From NCBI GenBank assembly GCA_022842625.1, contig JALHPG010000003.1:53503-117502 (forward strand): a stretch of 64,000 nucleotides of DNA, given 5' to 3'. A program made the position numbers and the translations under genes. Positions 18,673 through 27,697 of the stretch are shown piece after piece. Position 1 is the first letter of the stretch. The number at the start of each line of letters is the position of its first letter. Below the pieces are notes generated by a model. That model was not told the origin of the DNA, did not search any database, and saw only the letters and a list, made by a program, of their open reading frames with translations. Source of the stretch: Bacteroidia bacterium (GTDB lineage: Bacteria > Bacteroidota > Bacteroidia > B-17B0 > Aurantibacillaceae).

Positions 18673-20370
18673 TTATTTAACAGCCAACTTTTTGTATCGA
18701 GGTCTTTTTGGCTCAACATTTCCTAATCGTTTTTTACGATTTTCTTCATATTCAGTATATCCACCCTCAAACCAGTATACACTACTATCACCTTCAAAAG
18801 CCAAAATATGCGTACAAACACGGTCCAAAAACCATCTATCGTGACTAATAATTACCGCACAACCTGCAAAATTTTCTAAACCCTCTTCTAAAGCACGAAG
18901 CGTATTTACATCCAAGTCGTTGGTAGGCTCATCTAATAACAACACGTTACCTTCTTCTTTTAGTGCCATTGCTAAATGCAAGCGGTTACGCTCTCCACCG
19001 GACAGAACACTTACTTTTTTACCTTGGTCGCTACCTGCAAAATTAAATCGTGAGATATAAGCTCTTGAGTTCATTGGTTTACCACCAAGATTAATATTAT
19101 CTAAACCACCACTAATTACATCATAAACAGTTTTATTAGGATCTAATTCCTTATGATTTTGATCGACATAACTTATTTTTACGGTAGGTCCAACTAAAAA
19201 CTCACCGGTTGTAGGCTTTTCTTCGCCCATGATCATTCTGAACAAAGTAGTTTTACCAGCACCATTTGGTCCGATGATACCAACAATACCGGCAGGAGGC
19301 AATTTAAAATTAAGATGTTCATACAATAACCTATCCCCAAACGCTTTACTAACCTCTATAGCTTCAATTACTTCGTTACCAAGGCGCGGACCGTTAGGAA
19401 TAAAAATCTCCAGGTTATCTTCTTTTGATCGAGCATCTTCGCCCATCATTTTTTCGTAGTTATTTAAACGCGCTTTTTGTTTTACACCACGGCCTTTAAC
19501 ACCTTGACGGATCCAATCTAACTCACGCGCTAAAACCTTCTGACGCTTACTTTCCGTTTTTTCTTCCTGCTTTAAACGAGCACCTTTTTGTTCTAACCAA
19601 CTACTGTAATTCCCTTTCCAAGGAATACCTTCTCCTCTATCTAATTCTAATATCCAACCGGCTACATTATCTAAGAAATATCTATCGTGAGTAACCGCAA
19701 TGATAGTTCCTTTATATTGTTGCAAATGTTGTTCTAACCAATCAACGCTTTCAGCATCTAAGTGATTGGTTGGCTCATCTAATAATAAAATATCCGGTTC
19801 TTGTAATAATAAACGACATAAAGCAACACGACGACGCTCTCCACCTGATAAAACCTTAACCTCGGCATTACTTTCAGGACAACGCAGGGCATCCATTGAG
19901 CGCTCTAAGCGGTTATCCAAATTCCAAAGATCATGCTGATCAATTAATTCTTGTAAAACGGCTTGACGGTTGATGAGCTTATCCATTTTATCAGGATCGT
20001 TAAGAATTTCTTCATCACCGAACTTGTTGTTTACTTCTTCAAACTCATTTAAAATATCTACATATTTTTGAACGCCTTCACGCACAATTTCGATAACGGT
20101 TTTTGTTTCATCTAGCTTAGGCTCTTGCTCAAGCATACCGATAGAATAACCGGGAGATTGATGAATTTCTCCGATATAATCCTTATCCATTCCTGCAATA
20201 ATGCGAAGAAGGGTTGATTTACCTGAACCATTTAAACCTAAAACACCAATTTTGGCGCCATAATAAAAGGAAATATAAATATCTTTTAATACTTGTTTTT
20301 GAGGCGGATGTATCTTTGATACATTCACCATACTGAATATGATTTGACGGCCTTCGGGGGTTGTTGACAT
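18673..20370 (-). CDS. ettA: ABC-F energy-dependent translational throttle protein
   Basis: Two ABC domains (GLNGSGKST, GPNGAGKTT), LSGGERRRVALCRLLLQEPDILLLDEPTNHLDAESV, RELDWIRQG linker. Confidence 0.95.
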   Translation of the reverse strand: MSTTPEGRQIIFSMVNVSKIHPPQKQVLKDIYISFYYGAKIGVLGLNGSGKSTLLRIIAGMDKDYIGEIHQSPGYSIGMLEQEPKLDETKTVIEIVREGVQKYVDILNEFEEVNNKFGDEEILNDPDKMDKLINRQAVLQELIDQHDLWNLDNRLERSMDALRCPESNAEVKVLSGGERRRVALCRLLLQEPDILLLDEPTNHLDAESVDWLEQHLQQYKGTIIAVTHDRYFLDNVAGWILELDRGEGIPWKGNYSSWLEQKGARLKQEEKTESKRQKVLARELDWIRQGVKGRGVKQKARLNNYEKMMGEDARSKEDNLEIFIPNGPRLGNEVIEAIEVSKAFGDRLLYEHLNFKLPPAGIVGIIGPNGAGKTTLFRMIMGEEKPTTGEFLVGPTVKISYVDQNHKELDPNKTVYDVISGGLDNINLGGKPMNSRAYISRFNFAGSDQGKKVSVLSGGERNRLHLAMALKEEGNVLLLDEPTNDLDVNTLRALEEGLENFAGCAVIISHDRWFLDRVCTHILAFEGDSSVYWFEGGYTEYEENRKKRLGNVEPKRPRYKKLAVK

Positions 20371-20547
20371 GATTAATTATTTTTAAGAAGCCGAAGTTAA
20401 CGATTGTTTAAGAATTAAAAAATCATTTATACTATTGTTTAGCACTTGGTTAATTCCCCACAAATCCTTTGATCTATTTTCAATTAATATAATTAAGTCG
20501 GAAAAAGGCCATAAATTCGCCGAATCAATAATAATCCAACCTAATTA

Positions 20548-22008
20548 ATGAGTAACTCGGTTAATTTAATAAGTAAAACAGCTTTTTTAAAGTTTGAACA
20601 ATGTCATAAAGCGTTTTATTTTTATAAAAAACATCCCTATTTACGTGATAAAATAAGTATTGATAAACAATTAACCTTTAAACGTGGTCACCAGGTTGGA
20701 GACCTTGCCCAAACACTTTTTCCGGGGGGAATTGATGTTTCTAAAAACAGCAAAAATTCTGCTGAAGGTTTGGCACTAACAACAACATTAATAGAGAATA
20801 AAACCCCTGTGATCTATGAGGCAACTTTTGCCTTCAACGATGCGCTTATAATGGTAGATATTTTGTGTTTAGAAAACGAAAAATATACTGCCTATGAAGT
20901 AAAAAGTTCGTTCAAAATTTCGGAAGTTTATTTAAAAGATGCTTGTTTGCAATACTATGTTTTAAAAAATGCCTTGCCTAACCTTGACGACCTTTTTTTG
21001 GTAACTCTCAACCAGGAATACATTTTTGAGAACGAAATAAATCCAAAACAATTATTTAAAAAACGTAGCGTTAAAACCGAGAGCGAAAAAAATTTACCCT
21101 ATTTTGAAAACCAACTTTTTAATGCACAATTAACTCTTGAGCAAAATAAAATTCCCAATATTGCCATAGGTAAACATTGCTTTAAGCCTTACCAGTGCGA
21201 TTATTTTAGTAATTGCTGGAAAGATACCATAAACGAAAACAGCATTTTTAATTTACCATTATTAGACAAAGAAAAATTGTTTGAATGGTATAATAGCGGC
21301 ATGAGAACCATTGATCAAATTGGATCGGAACATGATGCAAAAGCTATTATTTATAAAATAAAACAAGCCTATTTTGATAATAAACCCATTGTAGATAAAG
21401 AAAAAATCACTTCCTTTTTATCAAAGATCCAATCGCCAATGACAGCAATGGATATGGAAATGTGGGGGCCTGCAATTCCACAAATTAATGGCACAAAGCC
21501 ATTTGAGCAATTGCCCTATTTAGTTTGCTTTTTTGATGGCAAGAAACACTCTAACGTCTTTTTGGAATATGCAAAAGATGACCGTAGACAGTTTGCCGAA
21601 TTATTATTAGAAAATACCAAGCATTTTGAATCGATATTGGTTTACGATGGCACAATGGAAAAAATGGTAATTAATGGTCTTATTAAACTTTTTGCCGACC
21701 TAAAGTCGGATCTGGAGCACCTTAAAACTAAGTTTATTGATATTTTTGATATATTTTTAGAATTTAGTTATTACCATCCTGCCTTTAAAACCAATTTTTC
21801 GTTAAAAACTGTTGCAGGTGTATTGCTAGAAGATATTAATTATTCAAAAATAACATCCGGATTGGAGGCTATGGCTTATTTTGATCAACAACGTTTAGAA
21901 ACAAACCTTATAGAAAAAGAGAGCATAAAACAAGAACTGATCAATTACTGCCAAACCGATACTTTAGCAACCTACCAATTGGTTGATTTTTTATTGAGTT
22001 GCCTTTAA
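20548..22008 (+). CDS. DUF2779-type protein (Cas4-like PD-(D/E)XK nuclease plus RNase H-fold exonuclease)
   Basis: SKTAFLKFEQC; VDIL...YEVKSS; HCFKPYQCDYFSNCW; DME...IPQINGTKPFEQLP; FSLKTV; YCQTDTLA. Confidence 0.8.
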   Translation: MSNSVNLISKTAFLKFEQCHKAFYFYKKHPYLRDKISIDKQLTFKRGHQVGDLAQTLFPGGIDVSKNSKNSAEGLALTTTLIENKTPVIYEATFAFNDALIMVDILCLENEKYTAYEVKSSFKISEVYLKDACLQYYVLKNALPNLDDLFLVTLNQEYIFENEINPKQLFKKRSVKTESEKNLPYFENQLFNAQLTLEQNKIPNIAIGKHCFKPYQCDYFSNCWKDTINENSIFNLPLLDKEKLFEWYNSGMRTIDQIGSEHDAKAIIYKIKQAYFDNKPIVDKEKITSFLSKIQSPMTAMDMEMWGPAIPQINGTKPFEQLPYLVCFFDGKKHSNVFLEYAKDDRRQFAELLLENTKHFESILVYDGTMEKMVINGLIKLFADLKSDLEHLKTKFIDIFDIFLEFSYYHPAFKTNFSLKTVAGVLLEDINYSKITSGLEAMAYFDQQRLETNLIEKESIKQELINYCQTDTLATYQLVDFLLSCL

Positions 22009-22080
22009 TTATTAAACTAGCCGCTAAAAATCCATTAACTCTTTATGTAAGCTTATCAATTTAAAATTGCAATAAATAAA

Positions 22081-22114
22081 AAAACCCTCCCGATTTTATC
22101 GGAAGGGTTTTTTT
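22081..22114. terminator. bidirectional intrinsic terminator between convergent genes
   Basis: aaaaccct-c-ccgat ttt atcgg-a-agggtttt with A and T runs on both sides. Confidence 0.8.
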
Positions 22115-22134
22115 TAAAGAAATTAATCTAAAAA

Positions 22135-22404
22135 TTATTTCTTTTTACCGCCTTTTAAGTTAGCTAATGAATCAGCAACACGAGCTGAATCAGCTTTAGC
22201 TTTTTCAGCAGCAGCAGCAGCTTCAGCAGCAACAGCAGCTTCAGCTTCAGCAGCAGCGATAGAATCTTGCTTAGATTTCTCTACTGCAGCGATTGAATCT
22301 TGTTTTAATTTTTCTGCTTTTTCGATTTCTTCTTTAGAAGGACCACAAGCAACAAATGCAACTGACAAAGCAGCTACAGCAACGATTGATAATACTTTTT
22401 TCAT
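22135..22404 (-). CDS. small Ala-rich lipoprotein
   Basis: Lipobox ...SVAFVAC; repeated KQDSIAA and ADS motifs; own terminator. Confidence 0.8.
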   Translation of the reverse strand: MKKVLSIVAVAALSVAFVACGPSKEEIEKAEKLKQDSIAAVEKSKQDSIAAAEAEAAVAAEAAAAAEKAKADSARVADSLANLKGGKKK

Positions 22405-22554
22405 TTTAGTTTTTGTTTAAATTTAAATTCAGATGCAAAACTACAATTTTTTTAATATCAAAAACAAAATATCAAAAAAAACGTTATTTTTTATTGAAAT
22501 TTCCTTACCTCAACCTCAATTTAAGCGATTATTTGCCTTAAATTTACACTGATT

Positions 22555-23586
22555 ATGTACAAAATTTTAAAATTCTTTCTTTTTAAGATAAACCCCGAAA
22601 GTGCCCACCACTTAACGTTCTCACTAATAAAACTGGCAAAATTTATACCCGGATTTGCTTATTTTGGAAAGAAAAGTGCCATAAATTGCCACCCATCCTT
22701 ATCAAAGAATGTTTTTGGGTTAAATTTTAGAAATCCGGTTGGATTAGCTGCCGGATTAGATAAAGATGCGGTAGCTTTTAACGAATTTGGGGATCTTGGC
22801 TTCGGTTTTATTGAAATTGGGACGGTAACTCCTAAACCTCAACCCGGAAATGACAAACCGCGTCTTTTTAGGTTACCAAAAAACGAGGCTTTAATAAATA
22901 GAATGGGGTTTAATAACCATGGGGTTATTGAGGCAGCTAAAAAATTAAGACATCGTAAAGATGCTACTTTGATCATTGGAGGAAATATTGGTAAAAATAA
23001 GGTGACCCCAAACGAAGAGGCCGTAAACGATTACGTAATTGGCTTTAACGAACTTTTTGATGTGGTAGATTATTTTGTAGTAAATGTATCATCACCCAAC
23101 ACTCCTAACTTACGCGAACTGCAGGAAAAAGAACCATTAACTAATTTATTAAATACATTGCAGCAGCTTAATCTTAAAAAAACAAAACCAAAACCTATTT
23201 TACTAAAAATTGCTCCAGACCTCACTAATACGCAGCTTGACGACATAATTGACATTGTAAAATCAACAAATATTGCAGGGGTTATTGCTACCAATACCAC
23301 TATTAGTCGCGAAGGCTTAAGTTACGATAAAATTGAAATTGAAAAAATAGGTATGGGTGGATTAAGTGGTAAACCTTTAACTAAAAGAAGTACCGAGGTA
23401 ATAAAATACCTTAAACAAAAGTCTAACAATGCCTTTCCTGTTATTGGTGTTGGCGGCATTCACAGTGCTGAAGACGCTATTGAAAAATTAAATGCCGGTG
23501 CCGATCTGATTCAACTTTACACCGGTTTTATTTACAACGGACCAAAATTAATAAGCGATATAAATAAGAAACTGATAAAATCATGA
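22555..23586 (+). CDS. pyrD: quinone-dependent dihydroorotate dehydrogenase (class 2)
   Basis: [61 protein letters not shown]. Confidence 0.97.
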   Translation: MYKILKFFLFKINPESAHHLTFSLIKLAKFIPGFAYFGKKSAINCHPSLSKNVFGLNFRNPVGLAAGLDKDAVAFNEFGDLGFGFIEIGTVTPKPQPGNDKPRLFRLPKNEALINRMGFNNHGVIEAAKKLRHRKDATLIIGGNIGKNKVTPNEEAVNDYVIGFNELFDVVDYFVVNVSSPNTPNLRELQEKEPLTNLLNTLQQLNLKKTKPKPILLKIAPDLTNTQLDDIIDIVKSTNIAGVIATNTTISREGLSYDKIEIEKIGMGGLSGKPLTKRSTEVIKYLKQKSNNAFPVIGVGGIHSAEDAIEKLNAGADLIQLYTGFIYNGPKLISDINKKLIKS

Positions 23587-24440
23587 TAAAAATTACCGAA
23601 TGTCCACGTGATGCCATGCAAGGCATTAAGCAAATAATTCCATCAGAATTAAAGGTAAAATACATTAACCAATTGTTAAAGGTTGGATTTGATACCATTG
23701 ATTTTGGAAGTTTTGTTTCGCCAAAAGCAATCCCTCAAATGCACGATACCGCAGAAGTATTAGATAGTCTGGACCTTTCGGCAGGTAACTCCAAACTCTT
23801 GGCAATAATCGCCAATAAACGTGGCGCAGAAGATGCCTTACAGTTTGAAGAGATCTCTTTTTTAGGATTCCCTTTTTCAATTTCTGAAACTTTTCAGCAA
23901 CGTAATACAAATTCGTCCATGCAAGAATCTTTACAAAGAGTTTCGGAAATTCAAAAGCTTTGTACAAGATCAAAGAAGAAATTATTGGTTTACATATCTA
24001 TGGCTTTTGGTAATCCATACGGAGATGCCTGGAATACCGAAATTACCATTGATTGGTGCAGGAAATTACATAATTTAGGAATTAAAAATCTTGCTTTGGC
24101 CGACACAACCGGCTCGTCAACACCGGAAAGTATCACTGAATTATTCTCGTCGCTAATTCCTGAATTAAAAACGGTAGAGTTTAGAGCACATTTACATTCT
24201 ACAAAAGCAAAAGCGCAGGAAAAAATTAACGCTGCTTACCAAAGTGGCTGCAGAAATTTTGATGTGGCCATTCATGGATTTGGAGGTTGCCCAATGGCAG
24301 CAGATGAATTGACAGGTAATTTACCTACAGAAGATCTGGAGGCATTTGCGTTAAAAAACAATATTAATTTAGGTTTAAATACGGTGGAGTTGAATAAAAG
24401 TTATGAAAGCAGTTGGGAAATATTTAATAATTATCATTAA
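23583..24440 (+). CDS. hydroxymethylglutaryl-CoA lyase
   Basis: [46 protein letters not shown]...GN. Confidence 0.9.
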   Translation: MIKITECPRDAMQGIKQIIPSELKVKYINQLLKVGFDTIDFGSFVSPKAIPQMHDTAEVLDSLDLSAGNSKLLAIIANKRGAEDALQFEEISFLGFPFSISETFQQRNTNSSMQESLQRVSEIQKLCTRSKKKLLVYISMAFGNPYGDAWNTEITIDWCRKLHNLGIKNLALADTTGSSTPESITELFSSLIPELKTVEFRAHLHSTKAKAQEKINAAYQSGCRNFDVAIHGFGGCPMAADELTGNLPTEDLEAFALKNNINLGLNTVELNKSYESSWEIFNNYH

Positions 24441-24466
24441 TTTAAGCCATAAATAAAAACAAACTT

Positions 24467-25327
24467 GTGGCTAATTTAAAAACCAAAATACTTTTATTGT
24501 GTTTAGTTTCTGCTAATTTATTGGCGCAGAAAGAATTTGAAAAATATGGTCCTTTTGGTTGTTTAACCTATACCGATCTTAAAGAAGCCTTAAAAATTGA
24601 GGCTAAGGTTTATAAACTTGATCTAAGTTATAAAAAGCTTGAGCCTAAACTTTACGAGAAACTTTATAAACTAAAAGATCTTCAGGCTTTAAAATTAAGC
24701 ACTAACGAGATAACCGATTATCCTAAAAATTTTGAAGAGCTTTCTAATTTGGTTTATTTTGCTTCCTATAATAATAAGTTAACGCAGTTTCCACCGAATT
24801 TAAAGCCCTTTAATAATTTATATTATTTAGAATTTCAGCACACCAAAATTGACAGTATTCCTGCTCAAATAGCATTTTTAAATAAGCTTCAATCGTTTAA
24901 ATTTGGAAATACCGATGATACTTTAAGTTTACCAAATACCCTTGGTTATTTAAAAAACTTAAAAGACTTAAGTATTGAAAATTGCGTGTTGGATAGTTTT
25001 CCAAAACAACTATTTAAACTAACAGGATTAAACTTTTTGAATTTATCAAATACCAATACTCATTATTTAACCAAACATTTTGAGCGCTTTCAAAATCTTG
25101 AAGTATTAATAATAGAAAATAATCAATTAACTCAACTACCCTTTGATATTTACAAAGCCCAAAAATTGCGCTTAATTTCATTAAGGGGGAATAAATTAAC
25201 CAAAATACCGGATAGTATTTCTCAATTGGAGAATTTAACCTTATTAGATCTTAGAGGAAATTTGATTGAAAAAGAAGAAATTGATAAACTCAAAATTCTT
25301 TTACCGGGATGTGAAATTAGATTTTAA
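24467..25327 (+). CDS. leucine-rich repeat protein, exported
   Basis: Signal peptide; LxxLxLxxNxLxxLP repeats (e.g. LRLISLRGNKLTKIPDSISQLENLTLLDLRGNLI). Confidence 0.9.
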   Translation: MANLKTKILLLCLVSANLLAQKEFEKYGPFGCLTYTDLKEALKIEAKVYKLDLSYKKLEPKLYEKLYKLKDLQALKLSTNEITDYPKNFEELSNLVYFASYNNKLTQFPPNLKPFNNLYYLEFQHTKIDSIPAQIAFLNKLQSFKFGNTDDTLSLPNTLGYLKNLKDLSIENCVLDSFPKQLFKLTGLNFLNLSNTNTHYLTKHFERFQNLEVLIIENNQLTQLPFDIYKAQKLRLISLRGNKLTKIPDSISQLENLTLLDLRGNLIEKEEIDKLKILLPGCEIRF

Positions 25328-26297
25328 GTTTTTGTCCTAATCTTAAAATGGTATTTTCTTTTATTTTATTTTTCTTACAAAGCGCCTTTACGGTTGTATG
25401 ATTACGTTTTGCTATTTTACCTAAACTATCGCCACTTCTAACTCTATAAATACCACCTTTTGCAACTCCCGAATACTTTCCACCTTTTGAACCCGCTCTT
25501 GCGTAACCAATATCTTTTTTATGACGAGAATGTAAAGCTCTTAAATCGTATTTGTTCTCAACATCAATTTTTCTTAAAGTAAAATTATTGGTTTTAAGTT
25601 CACCTTTTTCGTAATCAATAAAATCTTCAGTATCTAATGCTTGACCTAAATAACGGAACTCTAAATGAAGGTGACTTCCACGAGAACGTCCTGTATTTCC
25701 ACCCAATCCTAAAAGATCTCCTGCCGTTAATTTTTGTCCTGGCTCAACTAATAATTTTGATAAATGAGCATATACAGTTTCTAAACCATTATTATGTCTA
25801 ACAATTACGCAATTACCATAACCTTGGCAGTATTTTGCCAAGCGCACCATACCATCAAAAGCTGAAACTATTTGATCGCCGGTTTCAACATCAATATCAG
25901 TTCCATAATGCGGGCGATATTTTCTCCAACCAAAAACGCTGGTTAAACCACCTTTAAATGGCATCACAAAACCACCATCACCTTCATTAACTAACTGAAT
26001 AACAACGCTATCCATTTTAAACGACTCATAAAAATGATATGGATGAGCCATTAAAGTATCCCAGCTTGCATATAAATCATGACTTGGAAAAAGGATCTGA
26101 TTCGTATCAGGTATCTCTTCTTCTTCATCAAAAATATTTTCGGTGTTTATAACAAACTTTGTGGTATCATCACGCTTAGCCTTACTCTTCTTATCATCTC
26201 CACGCTTCGTTTTATCATCATGATAAGCCGAAGAGGCTGCACTCACGTTAAAAAACGCAATGCAAGTAATTGATAATATGATGACTAGCTTTTTCAC
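25317..26297 (-). CDS. M23 family metallopeptidase with a C-terminal LysM domain
   Basis: HYGTD (HxxxD), YAHL, HLHLE (HxH); YRVRSGDSLGKIAKRNHTTVKALCKKN LysM. Confidence 0.92.
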   Translation of the reverse strand: MKKLVIILSITCIAFFNVSAASSAYHDDKTKRGDDKKSKAKRDDTTKFVINTENIFDEEEEIPDTNQILFPSHDLYASWDTLMAHPYHFYESFKMDSVVIQLVNEGDGGFVMPFKGGLTSVFGWRKYRPHYGTDIDVETGDQIVSAFDGMVRLAKYCQGYGNCVIVRHNNGLETVYAHLSKLLVEPGQKLTAGDLLGLGGNTGRSRGSHLHLEFRYLGQALDTEDFIDYEKGELKTNNFTLRKIDVENKYDLRALHSRHKKDIGYARAGSKGGKYSGVAKGGIYRVRSGDSLGKIAKRNHTTVKALCKKNKIKENTILRLGQKLKI

Positions 26298-26439
26298 TTT
26301 TAGTTTAAGTTTTGCAAAGATTAATTTTTTAACGAGAAAAGCAAACCCTTAGTTCCCTTTTTGGACTGAAAGTTATTAACAATTACGATTATTTTGGATT
26401 TTTTATGGGAATTTGATTTATTTTATCCCATTTCGCTTT

Positions 26440-26928
26440 CTAAAAATCAAATTTTAGCTTTTTTTCGGGATTAGAGACTTTCAAACTTTTTTTAGAATTA
26501 TTTACTTCTATATGCACAATATTCATTTGGTCTTTTAAATGCTCGTATAATAAAGTGTTTTCTATTTCTACTTTTTTAGGAGAGAAGCTCTTTCCAAATT
26601 CAATATACATCCATATTGCTTCAGCTTCATTCTCGAAACCTACTAATTTAAAAGCAACCGGTTTATCGTTAATCTTAAATTTTAAACGCTCATTTAAATA
26701 ATCAGAAACTATTTTTGTAGTTTCTATCTTATTTTTTACATTGATAAGATCTATAGGTTAAAAATGTAGCTTTTTTAGCGCAGCCTCAAAATCATTGGTA
26801 AAAAGCTTTACAGATCCCTGCATTGCCATCTCTTTTTCATTGAATTTTAGATCTACCACACCCAAATAAAAGGGATGCTTAAAAGCTACAAGAAAAATAA
26901 TTATTACAAAAGCTAAAACTTTTCTCAA
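26440..26928 (-). pseudogene. DUF6702-like exported protein interrupted by an in-frame TAA (26758-26760)
   Basis: Manual translation: TTG start at 26928, RKVLAFVIIIFLVAFKHPFYLGVVDLKFNE...KLFTNDFEAALKKLHF*PIDLIN...YLNERLKFKINDK...FENEAEAIWMYIE...IENTLLYEHLKDQMNIVH...FDF, then TAG. One frame of 163 codons throughout; missing from the ORF track. Confidence 0.8.
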
Positions 26929-26971
26929 CTTAATTGTTTAATATAAATTAATATTGCCCTAAATTACAAAA

Positions 26972-27559
26972 ATGAATGAATTTTGGATATGGTTTTCTAC
27001 CGGCCTTCAACATATTTTATCAATAAGCGGATACGACCATATTTTGTTTGTCACCTTATTGGTATTTACCTATTCCTTTAATAAATGGAGCAAACTCTTA
27101 TTACTTATCTCTGCTTTTACAATCGGGCATTCAATTTCTTTAGCTTTAAGTGTAACCAATCATGTGCAACTCCCACAAGCTTTGGTTGAGTTTTTAATCG
27201 GGTTAAGTATATTAATAACTTCTGTTCACCATCTTATTAATTTTAATAAACCAGAACAAAAAAATTCACTCTTCTTACTTTTTATTGTTGTGTTTTTCGG
27301 ATTAATACATGGGCTTGGTTTCTCCTACCTGCTTAAGTCTATGTTAAGTAAAGAAGATTCTGTTTTTTTTCCTTTATTGTTCTTTAATTTAGGCTTAGAG
27401 GTTGGTCAACTCATAATCGTTTCTTTGGTGTTAGGATTTTCCTTTTTAATGGCTTTTGTTTTTAAATGGCCATTTAAACTCTATAAACTCATCCTAATTA
27501 GTATTATTGGACTAGTATCGTTAAAAATAACCATTGAAAGATTTATTGACTTATTTTAG
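26972..27559 (+). CDS. HupE/UreJ family membrane protein
   Basis: GLQHILSISGYDHILF, SAFTIGHSISL, FFGLIHGLGFS, FNLGLEVGQL. Confidence 0.88.
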   Translation: MNEFWIWFSTGLQHILSISGYDHILFVTLLVFTYSFNKWSKLLLLISAFTIGHSISLALSVTNHVQLPQALVEFLIGLSILITSVHHLINFNKPEQKNSLFLLFIVVFFGLIHGLGFSYLLKSMLSKEDSVFFPLLFFNLGLEVGQLIIVSLVLGFSFLMAFVFKWPFKLYKLILISIIGLVSLKITIERFIDLF

Positions 27560-27605
27560 TTTTTGTTTTCACAATTAACTTCTTCTCAACTACTGCAGTT
27601 CTTTT

Positions 27606-27622
27606 ATCCCCCTAAAAGGGGG
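27606..27622 (+). repeat. short GC-stem palindrome, family C, copy 1
   Basis: atccccctaaaaggggg; 16 bp are identical to the reverse complement of 54431-54446. Confidence 0.45.
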
Positions 27623-27697
27623 TTGCAAACATTTAATTAATCCCATAAATTTAGCCTTGCATTAATTGCATTATTAACTCTATTAATTTTTTACAAC

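Noticed and set aside
22190-22300. Tandem gca/gct trinucleotide runs
   Set aside because: Explained by the poly-Ala coding sequence of the small lipoprotein; not a contingency locus.
24172-24200. HMG-CoA lyase reads EFRAHLH where I recall EFGAHLH in homologues
   Set aside because: This is a single possible substitution based on memory. The metal-binding HxH is intact and I cannot check it without an alignment.
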